Translations under genes and position numbers: made by a program | Notes under the pieces: generated by a model | Database searches by the model: none | What the model saw: the letters and a program-made list of their open reading frames with translations, nothing else | What the model was told of the DNA's origin: nothing | Assembly: GCA_964357615.1 (NCBI GenBank) | Contig: CAYHMC010000001.1 | Coordinates: 66,602-130,601, forward strand | Direction: 5' to 3' | Source of the DNA: an uncultured Candidatus Saccharibacteria bacterium | GTDB taxonomy: Bacteria > Patescibacteriota > Minisyncoccia > UBA6257 > JACOXY01 | DNA length: 64,000 nt | Part shown: positions 38,299-48,416 of the stretch, piece by piece | Position numbering within the stretch: the stretch's first letter is position 1 | How the letters are laid out: each line of letters begins with the position of its first letter

Positions 38299-40695
38299 AT
38301 GTACAATTTTAAATCAATAGAAAATAAGTGGAAGAAGGTTTGGAAAAGCAAGAAATTATATCAAGTTAATGACAAAGAAGCGGATAAGAAAAACTTTTAT
38401 CAACTTACGATGTTTCCATACCCTTCGGGAGATCTTCATGTTGGGCATTGGAAAAATTTTGCTCCACCCGATGTTTTTGTAAGATATAAGCGAATGCAAG
38501 GCTACAATATACTTAGTCCAATTGGCTTTGATGCGTTTGGATTGCCTGCTGAAAACGCAGCATTAAAGAACGGAATTCATCCTGAAAAATGGACTTTGAA
38601 TAATATCAAAACAATGACTAAACAGCTCGAATCAATGGGCAATAGCTATGATTGGTCAAAATTGATTGTTACATGTTTGCCAGAATATTATAAATGGAAT
38701 CAGTTATTTTTTATTAAGCTTTTTAATAAGGGTTTAGCGTATAGAAAAAAAGCGCCAGCAAATTGGTGTCCCTCTTGCAAAACAGTCTTAGCAAACGAAC
38801 AAGTTATTGATGGTAAATGCGAAAGATGTGATAGCGTTGTTATTCAAAAAGAAATTGATCAATGGTTGTTTAAAATAACTGATTATGCAGAAAGACTTTT
38901 GGCTGGCTTGGAAAAGCTTGACTGGCCTGAACAAACGAAACAAATGCAAAAAAACTGGATTGGCAAATCAGAAGGCGCACTAATTAAATTTTGTGTCGTT
39001 GGACTAGATTTAGGATTAGAAGTTTTTACAACAAGACCAGATACAATTCTTGGAGCAACTTATATGGTTTTGGCACCGGAGCACGAATTAATTACTAAGT
39101 TAAAAGCACGAATTAAAAATTGGCAACCAGTTTCAAAATATATTGAAAATGCAAAATTAAAATCTGAAAAAGAAAGAATTGATGAGGGCAGAGAAAAAAC
39201 CGGCATTGAGTTGACTGGCTTGAATGTAATTAATCCAGCGACAAAAAAAGTGATACCAGTGTGGGTATCCGATTATGTTGTCGGTTCTTATGGAACTGGC
39301 GCAATTATGGCAGTTCCACAACATGACGAAAGAGACAGAGAGTTTGCTGTTAAGTACGAGTTACCAATTATAGACGAACCACTTCTTGACGAAAACGAAG
39401 CAATTAAACTTGTAAATGGCAAAAAAACACAAAAATATAGATTAAGAGATTGGTTAATTTCTAGACAAAGATATTGGGGAACACCAATACCTATAATTTA
39501 TTGTAAAAATTGTGGAATTATGACTGTGTCTGAAGATGAGTTGCCTGTTAAGCTTCCTAAGCTCAAAGACTTCAAGCCAGCGGATGATGGTAGATCGCCT
39601 CTCGCAAGAGATAAAAAATTTTTAGAAGTTAAATGTCCGAAGTGTAAAAAAATTGCCGAGAGAGAAACTGACACTATGGATACATTCGTAGATTCTTCGT
39701 GGTATTTTTTAAGATATCCATCTTCAAAATTTAAGCAGGGTCCATTTCAAAAAGAAACAACTGAAAGTTGGCTTCCAGTTTCAATGTATAATGGTGGCGC
39801 GGAACACACAGTTTTACATCTTTTGTATTCAAGATTTTTTACAAAATTTTTAAATGACGAAGGTTTAATAGGGTTTGACGAGCCATTTTTGGCGTTGCGT
39901 CATCAAGGAACAATATTGGGTCCTGATGGGCAGAAAATGTCGAAATCAAAGGGAAATGTTATAGATCCCGATAAATTAGTAAGTGAATTTGGCGCTGATG
40001 CTGTAAGGCTCTACATTTATTTTATGGGCGAGTATTCGCAGGCAACGACATGGGACCCAAATGGTATTTTGGGAGTTGTTCGTTTTCTTCAAAGGGTTTA
40101 TGCGCTCAAAAATAGAATTGAAAAAGCAGAGACTAGTGAATTGAATGAAGGTAAATACTCACAAGAAAAAAATTCTTTAAAAGATGATAGTTTACTAATT
40201 AAAAAACTTCATAAAACAATTAAAAAAGTTGGCGAGGATATTGAATTGATGAAGTTTAATACTGCAGTTTCGGCACTAATGATTTTACTTAATGATATTG
40301 AAAAAGAGAAAACAATTTCATTAGATATATTTGAGGCATTCATTAAATTGCTTGCACCATTCGCGCCATATCTGTCCGAAGAACTATTTCAGGAAGTGCT
40401 TAAGTTAGATTCAGAAAAAAAGAACTCACAAACTAGAAGTATACACTTTGAATATTGGCCAAAATACAATCAAAAATTTATTAAAGATGAAACTTTTGAA
40501 TTAGTAATTCAGGTGAATGGAAGAGTTCGCGATACCATAAGCATTAGCGCTGATTTAACTCGGGATAATATTGAGACTCTAGCCCTTAAAAACAATTCAG
40601 TGCAAAAATATTTAGAGGGCAAAAAACCAGACAGAATAATATATATTCCTGAGACCCTTATTAATTTTGTAATTTCTAACGGAGATTCAAAATAA
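38299..40695 (+). CDS. leuS: leucine--tRNA ligase
   Basis: MFPYPSG.LHVGH, WLISRQRYWGTPIP, DTMDTFVDSSWY, KMSKS; likely start MYNF. Confidence 0.97.
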   Translation: MYNFKSIENKWKKVWKSKKLYQVNDKEADKKNFYQLTMFPYPSGDLHVGHWKNFAPPDVFVRYKRMQGYNILSPIGFDAFGLPAENAALKNGIHPEKWTLNNIKTMTKQLESMGNSYDWSKLIVTCLPEYYKWNQLFFIKLFNKGLAYRKKAPANWCPSCKTVLANEQVIDGKCERCDSVVIQKEIDQWLFKITDYAERLLAGLEKLDWPEQTKQMQKNWIGKSEGALIKFCVVGLDLGLEVFTTRPDTILGATYMVLAPEHELITKLKARIKNWQPVSKYIENAKLKSEKERIDEGREKTGIELTGLNVINPATKKVIPVWVSDYVVGSYGTGAIMAVPQHDERDREFAVKYELPIIDEPLLDENEAIKLVNGKKTQKYRLRDWLISRQRYWGTPIPIIYCKNCGIMTVSEDELPVKLPKLKDFKPADDGRSPLARDKKFLEVKCPKCKKIAERETDTMDTFVDSSWYFLRYPSSKFKQGPFQKETTESWLPVSMYNGGAEHTVLHLLYSRFFTKFLNDEGLIGFDEPFLALRHQGTILGPDGQKMSKSKGNVIDPDKLVSEFGADAVRLYIYFMGEYSQATTWDPNGILGVVRFLQRVYALKNRIEKAETSELNEGKYSQEKNSLKDDSLLIKKLHKTIKKVGEDIELMKFNTAVSALMILLNDIEKEKTISLDIFEAFIKLLAPFAPYLSEELFQEVLKLDSEKKNSQTRSIHFEYWPKYNQKFIKDETFELVIQVNGRVRDTISISADLTRDNIETLALKNNSVQKYLEGKKPDRIIYIPETLINFVISNGDSK

Positions 40696-40765
40696 ATTTG
40701 ACTTTTTAAAATATATTGATTCTAATAAGATTAGTATTTTAATAAGCGCAAAGGTTAGTTATTGT

Positions 40766-41002
40766 ATGGAATTTGTTGTTGCATTTAGTGCTGTCTGCGG
40801 GCTAATAATTGTGGCTACTCTATTTGTATTTTTAGCACCAAGAACATTAATTTCTTTTATTGTTAGTTTAGTTATTTATACGGTATTAACGAGACATTAT
40901 TTCCAAAACCAATATTCTTCGGCTATACTGTTGATTGCACTTTTTGTAATTTGTATCATTTCACTTTCTGAAGACATTAAAGCAATCGTTAAGCCAAAGT
41001 AA
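40766..41002 (+). CDS. small 3-TM membrane protein (ORFan)
   Basis: TTGACT-17-TCTAAT upstream; terminator at 41015-41037. Confidence 0.65.
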   Translation: MEFVVAFSAVCGLIIVATLFVFLAPRTLISFIVSLVIYTVLTRHYFQNQYSSAILLIALFVICIISLSEDIKAIVKPK

Positions 41003-41100
41003 TATTTAAATTATCAGGGTCATACCCTGTTTTTATTTATGATTTCACAACTTGTGGAATTACAGTTATACTTTAGTTACAGTATAAAAAATATTTAATT

Positions 41101-42984
41101 ATGTGTGGCATTGTTGGTTACATTGGCAAAAAAAATGCTTTATCGATTTTAATTGACGGAATTAAAAATCTTGAATATCGAGGATATGATTCTTCTGGGC
41201 TTGTGATTGCTGTAAAATCGAATGAGGTTAATGTTTTTTTTGAAAAATCAGTTGGTAAGGTTAGTAATTTAGAATCCAAAGTTAAAAAAACAATAAAACC
41301 GAAAATTAATCAGTTATCAAAAAATAGTATTCAATCAGGTATTTGCCACAGTAGATGGGCTACTCATGGAATACCTAGCGAAGAAAATGCCCACCCACAT
41401 TTTGATTGCAAAAAAGAAATATATTTGGTGCACAATGGAATTATAGAAAATTATTCCGAACTAAAATCAACTTTAATAAAAAACGGGCATATATTCACCT
41501 CCGAAACTGATTCAGAGGTAATTGCGCACTTAATTGAAGAAGAGAAAAAAAATATATCAGGTAAGCCGAAAATTGAGAAAGCCGTAAAAAATGCACTTTT
41601 AAAAATTAAGGGAACATATGGATTAGTAGTTATAGACACGAAAGAACCAGAGAAACTGATTGCGGCCAGAAATTTCAGTCCTTTGCTTATTGGAATTGGA
41701 AAAGGGGAGTATTTTGTGGCATCAGACGCAACAGCAATTTTAAAACTTACTCGAAAAGTTGTTTATCTTGAAGATGGGGATTTGGCTGTTTTAAACATTA
41801 AAGGATATAAAATAACGGGACTTTCTGAAAAACGAAAACATCATATCCCACAAATTATTGATTGGAGTGCAGAAAAAATTAGAAAGGGCAACTACCCCCA
41901 CTTTATGCTGAAAGAGATTAATGAACAGCCAGAGTCAATCGCAGATTCTATTCGAGGCAGGATTGATTTTAAAAATGGCATTCCAGTTTTGGGAGGTTTA
42001 CTGAATATTAAAAAACAGTTAAAAAATAAAACTCGAGTTATTATATCTGGAATGGGAACGGCATATTACGCTGGACTTATAACAAAAAATTATATTGAGG
42101 AACTTGCCAAAATTTCTGTAGTTGCCGAGCCAGCATCAGAACTCCACAGTAGAAAACAGATTTATTTCCCTAGCAGTGATATTTTTTTATGTTTTTCTCA
42201 ATCTGGAGAAACTGCCGATACATTATCTGCACTACGAGACGCTAAAATTAATAATTTATTATCGCTTGGAGTGGTAAATGTAGTTGGTTCTTCAATTTCA
42301 AGGGGGACAGACGCTGGAGTTTATCAGCATATTGGTCCAGAAATAGGAGTTGCATCAACTAAGGCGTTTACCTCTCAGGTTACTATTGGAGCACTAATCG
42401 CAATTCTATTAGGTCTTGAACTTAAAACATTGAAGTCGGTTGATGCTAAAAATATTTTAAGTGAAATAAAAAAACTTCCAACAAAAATTGGACAAATTCT
42501 TTTGCAATCAGAAAAAATTAAACAAATTTCAAAAAATTATCAGGAGCATAATAATTTTCTTTTTTTGGGTCGTAAATACAACTTCCCAACAGCCCTTGAA
42601 GGTGCCCTAAAATTAAAAGAAATTTCTTATGTTCACGCCGAGGGAATGTCGACTGGCGAAATGAAACACGGTCCGATAGCTATGATTGATGCAAAATTTC
42701 CTAGTATTATGATTATGCCAAGCGATTCAGTTTATAAAAAAAACCTAGGAAGCGCAGAAGAAATTAAGGCTCGCAGGGGACCAATAATTGCTGTAGCAAC
42801 CGAAGGGGATTCACAAGTTTTAAAAATAGCAAATGATACAATATTTATACCAAAAACAATAGAATTATTTACACCAATTCTCGTAACTGTTGCCTTGCAA
42901 CTTTTCGCGTACCATTTCGCGGTAGAAAGAGGTTGTGATATAGATAAGCCGAGAAATTTGGCAAAAAGTGTTACTGTAGAATAG
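41101..42984 (+). CDS. glmS: glutamine--fructose-6-phosphate transaminase
   Basis: MCGIVGY, EYRGYDS, RWATHG, SQSGETADT, PRNLAKSVTVE. Confidence 0.98.
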   Translation: MCGIVGYIGKKNALSILIDGIKNLEYRGYDSSGLVIAVKSNEVNVFFEKSVGKVSNLESKVKKTIKPKINQLSKNSIQSGICHSRWATHGIPSEENAHPHFDCKKEIYLVHNGIIENYSELKSTLIKNGHIFTSETDSEVIAHLIEEEKKNISGKPKIEKAVKNALLKIKGTYGLVVIDTKEPEKLIAARNFSPLLIGIGKGEYFVASDATAILKLTRKVVYLEDGDLAVLNIKGYKITGLSEKRKHHIPQIIDWSAEKIRKGNYPHFMLKEINEQPESIADSIRGRIDFKNGIPVLGGLLNIKKQLKNKTRVIISGMGTAYYAGLITKNYIEELAKISVVAEPASELHSRKQIYFPSSDIFLCFSQSGETADTLSALRDAKINNLLSLGVVNVVGSSISRGTDAGVYQHIGPEIGVASTKAFTSQVTIGALIAILLGLELKTLKSVDAKNILSEIKKLPTKIGQILLQSEKIKQISKNYQEHNNFLFLGRKYNFPTALEGALKLKEISYVHAEGMSTGEMKHGPIAMIDAKFPSIMIMPSDSVYKKNLGSAEEIKARRGPIIAVATEGDSQVLKIANDTIFIPKTIELFTPILVTVALQLFAYHFAVERGCDIDKPRNLAKSVTVE

Positions 42985-43046
42985 TTTTTGTGTTAATATA
43001 AGTAAATGCGCGAATGGTCGTCGCGAAATAAATCAAAAATATTTAT

Positions 43047-43283
43047 ATGGCAAATATAACAATATATACCACGCCAACTTGCGTTTACTGCAAAATGGCT
43101 AAGGCATTCTTTCATGAGAATAATATTTCTTATGTTGAAAAAAATGTAATAACAGATGACGAAGCAAGAGATGCGATGATTAAAAAATCTGGACAAATGG
43201 GGGTTCCAGTTATTGATATTGATGATAAAATTGTGGTTGGATTTGATAAACAGGGCTTAAAGAATTTGCTTGGCATCAAGTAA
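43047..43283 (+). CDS. glutaredoxin-like (NrdH/YruB family)
   Basis: CVYC, GQMGVPVI, VGFD. Confidence 0.93.
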   Translation: MANITIYTTPTCVYCKMAKAFFHENNISYVEKNVITDDEARDAMIKKSGQMGVPVIDIDDKIVVGFDKQGLKNLLGIK

Positions 43284-43369
43284 AATTTTTAGGAGTTTTA
43301 TTTTCAGTATGCTACAATTCTCATAAGTTTTAGCTTTCTAAAAATTATTATTTATACTATAAAAATGAA

Positions 43370-43486
43370 TCCCGTTTAGAGACCGCGGTCGCCAAATTTT
43401 CAATACGGGATTATAATCAAGTCTATATTTATTAAAATTAATTAGACAGTGTTAGGTCTTCTGGACCGCGACCTGTCTCTAACGTG
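43370..43486. mobile_element. 117-bp palindromic element inserted at the start codon of the dsbA-like gene, flanked by ATGAA direct repeats
   Basis: ATGAA|TCCCGTTTAGAGAC ... GTCTCTAACGTG|ATGAA; inner arms CGCGGTC/GACCGCG. Confidence 0.75.
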
Positions 43487-44161
43487 ATGAACAAAGAAAA
43501 TATTTTTTTACCCGCATCGATATTAATAGCCGGAGTATTAATCTCTGGTTCTGTTATTTATAGCACAACAATGAGTGGGGATGGCAGAGCCAATCAAAAT
43601 GGCCAGGATGTAAATGCCGATATTAAAGTAAATCCAATAACCGCGACAGACCATATTAAAGGCAACCCTAAAGCAAAAGTAAAAATAATTGAATTTTCTG
43701 ATTATGAATGTCCGTTTTGTGGAAGATTCCACCCAACAATGGAAAAAATTTCAAAAGAATATGGTGATAAAGTTGTTTGGGTCTTCAGGCATTATCCACT
43801 AGAATCAATTCATCCAGACGCAAGAAAAGCAGCAGTTGCAAGTGAGTGCGCAACGGAACAGGGTGGTAATGATAAGTTTTGGGCATTTACAGACGCTGTT
43901 TTTGCCGATCAACAAAAATCTCTTGCCGATCTTTCTAAGGTTGCAACTTCAATCGGATTAAATGCAACCGCATTTAATACATGTCTAAATAGTTCAAAAT
44001 ATGATGAGCTTATAAATAGTCATATTGCGGACGCAACTAATTCGGGAGGGCAGGGAACTCCTTGGACAGTTGTTTTGAATGCAAAAAATAAAGCTTTTCC
44101 AATAAATGGAGCTCAACCATACGAGCAAGTGAAAGCAATCATCGAGCAGGCTCTAAAATAG
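43487..44161 (+). CDS. DsbA family oxidoreductase (membrane-anchored)
   Basis: EFSDYECPFC, RHYPL, GTP. Confidence 0.93.
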   Translation: MNKENIFLPASILIAGVLISGSVIYSTTMSGDGRANQNGQDVNADIKVNPITATDHIKGNPKAKVKIIEFSDYECPFCGRFHPTMEKISKEYGDKVVWVFRHYPLESIHPDARKAAVASECATEQGGNDKFWAFTDAVFADQQKSLADLSKVATSIGLNATAFNTCLNSSKYDELINSHIADATNSGGQGTPWTVVLNAKNKAFPINGAQPYEQVKAIIEQALK

Positions 44162-44178
44162 GCAAAATCTAACTATTT

Positions 44179-45147
44179 ATGATGAAAGACGCCATAATAA
44201 ATTTTCCTGCACAGTTTTCTTGGCAACCTAAAATACTTGGCGTAAATGAGTTACCAAAATACAAGCGTTTTATTCTTTCTGGAATGGGGGGTTCACATCT
44301 CGGAGGTGATATTTTAAAGCTTCTTAGACCAGATTTAGATATGGTAATTCATTCGAGTTATGGATTACCAAAATTAAGTAAACAAAATTTCAAAAAGCGT
44401 TTATTTATTGCAAATTCATATTCAGGAAATACAGAAGAGGTTTTATCGGGACTTAGTGATGCAGAAAAAGCTGGACTTCCAATTCTGATTATCGCAACAG
44501 GCGGAGAGCTTTTAGCTTTTGCAAAAAATAAGAATTATCCATGTATAGAATTACCAAATACTGGGATTCAGCCTAGGATGTCTTCAGGATTTGGCATTCG
44601 TGCACTAGCTCTTGCCGTCGGCGATAAAAAACTTTTAAAAAATAGCGAAAAATTATCTAAGAAATTGAAACCATTAAAAATTGAAGCTCATGGTAAAAAT
44701 TTAGCATTCCGATTAAAAAATAAAATACCCCTAGTCTATTCTTCTGCAAATAATTACTCCATTGCATATAATTGGAAAATTAAATTTAACGAAACAGCTA
44801 AGTCTCCAGCATTTTGCAATGTAATTCCAGAATTGAATCATAACGAAATGACAGGATTTGATTTAAGTGAAGCAAATCGACATTTAGCAAGTCCATTTTG
44901 TGTAATATTAATTAAAGACAGTGAGGATGTGGCAGAAATTAATAAAAGAATGTTAGTTTTGGAAAAACTTTATAAGGATAGGGGTATAGGGATAGAAATA
45001 GTTGAGTTAAGCGGTAAAAATAAACTTGATAAGGTATTTTCTTCGTTAATTTTGGCAGACTGGACGGCTCTTAATTTGGGTGAATTATATGGAAATGATA
45101 CCGAAAATGTTCCAATGGTTGAAGAATTTAAAAAACTAATGAAATAA
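44179..45147 (+). CDS. bifunctional phosphoglucose/phosphomannose isomerase (SIS)
   Basis: GMGGS, SYSGNTEE, WK...NE.AK, PELNHNE. Confidence 0.92.
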   Translation: MMKDAIINFPAQFSWQPKILGVNELPKYKRFILSGMGGSHLGGDILKLLRPDLDMVIHSSYGLPKLSKQNFKKRLFIANSYSGNTEEVLSGLSDAEKAGLPILIIATGGELLAFAKNKNYPCIELPNTGIQPRMSSGFGIRALALAVGDKKLLKNSEKLSKKLKPLKIEAHGKNLAFRLKNKIPLVYSSANNYSIAYNWKIKFNETAKSPAFCNVIPELNHNEMTGFDLSEANRHLASPFCVILIKDSEDVAEINKRMLVLEKLYKDRGIGIEIVELSGKNKLDKVFSSLILADWTALNLGELYGNDTENVPMVEEFKKLMK

Positions 45148-45148
45148 A

Positions 45149-45994
45149 ATGTATCTAGTATTTGATATTGGCGGAAGCAAAATGCGAATTGCCAGAACGA
45201 GTAATTTTAAAAAGCTTGAAGAAATAATTATTCTCAAAACACCCAATGATTTTAATGAGGGTATTTTGGAATTTTGTAGAGCGTCTAATAAGTTAAGTGG
45301 AGGAAAAAAAATTAAAGCTATAGCCGGTGGCATAGCAGGTCCACTCGATAAGAATTACACAAAAGTTATTAATGCGCCCAATCTTAAATCGTGGAATAAT
45401 AAGCCTTTTAAAGCTTCTCTAGAAAAAAAACTTAAGACCAAAGTAATGCTTCAAAATGACACTGCGATGGTTGCGCTTGGCGAAACACATTTTGGCGCAG
45501 GAAAATTATTTAGAAAAAATGGTATAGTAGCTTATGTAACAGTATCAACTGGCGTTGGTGGGGCTAGAATTGTAGATGGTAAAATTGATAGAAACATTTA
45601 TGGCTTTGAAATAGGTAGTCAAACAATCGATGCCGATGGAACTATACTTCCAAAATATAAATCACCGGGAATTTTAGAAGACTATATTTCTGGTAAGAGC
45701 GTATATAAAAACACTGGAAAGAATCCAGTTTTAATTAAAGATGATAAATTTTGGAGCGATATGGCAAAACTGCTTGCATATGGATTAAATAACACGATAG
45801 TTCATTGGTCTCCATCTATAGTAATCCTTGGTGGTTCAATGATGAATAAAATTGGAATACCTATAAGCGAAGTTATAAGAAATGTAAATAGTTTTTTAAA
45901 AATATTTCCTAAAAAACCCAAAATTGTCCATGCAAAGCTTGGTGACCTTGGCGGATTATACGGAAGTATGGTATATTTAGAAAAAATATTATAA
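45149..45994 (+). CDS. ROK family sugar kinase
   Basis: FDIGGSK, LQND...ALGE..FGAG, STGVGG, E.G. Confidence 0.9.
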   Translation: MYLVFDIGGSKMRIARTSNFKKLEEIIILKTPNDFNEGILEFCRASNKLSGGKKIKAIAGGIAGPLDKNYTKVINAPNLKSWNNKPFKASLEKKLKTKVMLQNDTAMVALGETHFGAGKLFRKNGIVAYVTVSTGVGGARIVDGKIDRNIYGFEIGSQTIDADGTILPKYKSPGILEDYISGKSVYKNTGKNPVLIKDDKFWSDMAKLLAYGLNNTIVHWSPSIVILGGSMMNKIGIPISEVIRNVNSFLKIFPKKPKIVHAKLGDLGGLYGSMVYLEKIL

Positions 45995-45998
45995 TAAT

Positions 45999-46517
45999 AT
46001 GGAAAACAAAATTCACAAGTTACCATACGCAACTTATTTAATGTTTGCGATATTGGTTACATTATTATTCATTGGTGCAAAGTACATTGATCCAAGTTTG
46101 ATTGGGCTTGAAGTTAAAAATGAAAGCGAGAAATCAAATTTAGAAATTGAAAATGCATCTACATCAAAAATTATGAGCGAAACTAAAGAAGGTAATGATT
46201 TGAAAGTAGAAGATGTTTTAGTTGGAACTGGCACAGAAGCAAAGCCAGGAACGAAAGTCTCGGTTCATTATACTGGTACATTTACAGATGGGAAAAAATT
46301 CGATAGCTCAAGAGATAGGGGTACTCCTTTTGAATTCACCTTGGGTGCTGGACAAGTAATTAGAGGCTGGGATTTGGGTATCGCTGGTATGAAAGTCGGT
46401 GGAAAAAGAAAGCTTACTATACCACCAGAACTTGGTTATGGAGTAGATGGAATGCCAGGAGCAATACCGGGAAATGCAACACTGCTTTTTGATGTCGAGC
46501 TTTTAGGTGTAAAATAA
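45999..46517 (+). CDS. FKBP-type peptidyl-prolyl isomerase
   Basis: VHYTG...DGKKFDSS, VIRGWD.G, IPPELGYG, FDVEL. Confidence 0.96.
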   Translation: MENKIHKLPYATYLMFAILVTLLFIGAKYIDPSLIGLEVKNESEKSNLEIENASTSKIMSETKEGNDLKVEDVLVGTGTEAKPGTKVSVHYTGTFTDGKKFDSSRDRGTPFEFTLGAGQVIRGWDLGIAGMKVGGKRKLTIPPELGYGVDGMPGAIPGNATLLFDVELLGVK

Positions 46518-46524
46518 AATTGCA

Positions 46525-46782
46525 ATGCTTTCAGACTATCATTTAATATCGCAAATAATTTTCAATTTAACTTTTTCTCTGGTTTTTATTGCTCTCGGAA
46601 TTATTCTAATTTCCCTGCTTTATTATTTACTTAAGCTTGTTAGGAATTTAGAAAATATTTCAAAAAACCTTGAAAAAGTGTCGGGTGAAGTAAGAAAAAA
46701 TATCGTATTAATAATTGAACAAATTTCAAAATTGCCAATTATTTCTAAATTTTTTAAAAAAAATCATCGTAAAGGTCGCTAA
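46525..46782 (+). CDS. TM plus coiled-coil protein (DUF948/YoxC-like)
   Basis: Topology and pairing with the YtxH-like gene. Confidence 0.55.
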   Translation: MLSDYHLISQIIFNLTFSLVFIALGIILISLLYYLLKLVRNLENISKNLEKVSGEVRKNIVLIIEQISKLPIISKFFKKNHRKGR

Positions 46783-46800
46783 TCATATTTAAATTATAAA

Positions 46801-47121
46801 ATGAAAAAAAATCATAAATTTGCAAGTGGTGCCGCAGTGGGTGCTGCGCTTGGTGTTGCAGCTGGAGTCGCATTGTCGTTATTAGATGAGAAAAAAATAA
46901 AAAAAGGTATAAGTAATGCAAAACGAGAGGCAGCAATTATTTATAAAAAGGCCTCCCCAGAACTTAAGAAATATAAAAAAATTGGTGAAGCACAATTTAA
47001 TAAATTGATGGAAAAAGCCGTTTTAGATTTTTCAAAGGCTCGTAAGATTTCTAAATCAGAAACCAATTCGATTATTAAGGAAGCCAAAAAATATTGGCAA
47101 ACTGTCAAAAAGCACCTATAA
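46801..47121 (+). CDS. YtxH-like protein
   Basis: F..GA.VGAALG..AG N-terminus and Lys-rich helical tail. Confidence 0.65.
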   Translation: MKKNHKFASGAAVGAALGVAAGVALSLLDEKKIKKGISNAKREAAIIYKKASPELKKYKKIGEAQFNKLMEKAVLDFSKARKISKSETNSIIKEAKKYWQTVKKHL

Positions 47122-47188
47122 TTATTAACAATTGAGTGCACTCAATTGTTTTGTTTGCAAAAAGATTTGTGCCTTGTTTGTTTTAATC

Positions 47189-47281
47189 ATGTCAAAAAAA
47201 GCAATAAAAATATTAACTTGGATTCTTGTAATAATGATGCTTATTAGCTTGGTTGGTTCAACTTTCCTTTTGTCTTTTTAG
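47189..47281 (+). CDS. 30-aa single-TM small protein (DUF4044/Prli42-like), absent from ORF track
   Basis: MSKKAIKILTWILVIMMLISLVGSTFLLSF*, ends 14 nt before rseP. Confidence 0.6.
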   Translation: MSKKAIKILTWILVIMMLISLVGSTFLLSF

Positions 47282-47295
47282 AATAACAAGAATTT

Positions 47296-48354
47296 ATGTT
47301 TATCTTATTAACAATTATTGGCTTATCGCTCTTGATTATAGTTCATGAGTTTGGTCATTTTATTACAGCAAAGTTATTTGGACTTAGGGTAGATGAGTTC
47401 GGATTTGGTTTGCCACCAAGAGCCTTAGGTAAAAAATTTGGAGAAACAATTTATAGCTTAAATTGGTTGCCGTTTGGTGGATTTGTAAAAATCTACGGCG
47501 AAGACACTGCAGGTGAGCAGGTTACAATGGCAAGAAAACAAAAAGAAGTATCTGACGATTTACAAAATCGTTCTTTTGCATATCAATCAGCGTGGAAAAG
47601 ATCCGTTGTAATACTCTCCGGCGTAACAATGAATTTTATTTTAGGATGGATTTTAATTTCGACTGTTTTGATGATTGGCAGGGAGGCCGGAATATATATA
47701 TCACAAATCGACCCAAGTGGTCCTGCTGTAGGTGCAGGAATAATGCTTGGAGACCGCATTATCGGATATACTAAGGCAGAAGAGTTTATTAAATATGTGA
47801 ATGATAATCGTGGCGCAGAAATTAAATTCACTGTTTTAAGGGCTGGCAATAATGAAGTTATTTCTGTTGTTCCAAGACTAAGCCCACCACCCAATCAAGG
47901 CGCGCTTGGCATTGCACTTGATGAAGAAGATGGAATAAAGCTTGGTTTTTTCGAAGCTTTTTATAGTGGTGCAGTTGCGACATATAATTTAATATGGCTA
48001 ATTTTATCTGCATTTTTTGGTTTTATTTCAAGTCTTTTTACACAAGGTGCGAATCTCTCGGATGTTTCAGGACCAATTGGTATATTTAAAATAGCAGGAA
48101 CTGCCGGAGCTCTTGGAATTGCTACATTTTTAAATTTTTTCGCATTAATTTCTATAAATCTTGGTGTTATCAATGCATTACCGTTTCCAGCACTAGACGG
48201 CGGAAGATTTTTATTTATTTTGATTGAAAAGATAAAGGGTAGTCCTTTGCCAGTTAAGTTTGAACGCATTGCAAACGGCATTGGTTTTGCGCTCTTAATC
48301 GTACTTATGATTCTTGTTACAATAAGAGATATTCAAAATATTGTAACTGGGTAA
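47296..48354 (+). CDS. rseP: RseP-like site-2 metalloprotease (M50) with PDZ
   Basis: HEFGH, LPFGGFV, N.LPFPALDGG. Confidence 0.95.
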   Translation: MFILLTIIGLSLLIIVHEFGHFITAKLFGLRVDEFGFGLPPRALGKKFGETIYSLNWLPFGGFVKIYGEDTAGEQVTMARKQKEVSDDLQNRSFAYQSAWKRSVVILSGVTMNFILGWILISTVLMIGREAGIYISQIDPSGPAVGAGIMLGDRIIGYTKAEEFIKYVNDNRGAEIKFTVLRAGNNEVISVVPRLSPPPNQGALGIALDEEDGIKLGFFEAFYSGAVATYNLIWLILSAFFGFISSLFTQGANLSDVSGPIGIFKIAGTAGALGIATFLNFFALISINLGVINALPFPALDGGRFLFILIEKIKGSPLPVKFERIANGIGFALLIVLMILVTIRDIQNIVTG

Positions 48355-48416
48355 CAAATATTCGAATATGTTATAATTTAATAAAGAGAGATTTTAATTT
48401 CTCGTGTTGTTATTTT

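Noticed and set aside
41003-41100. glmS ribozyme upstream of glmS
   Set aside because: The spacer is under 100 nt, AT-rich, and lacks the conserved core.
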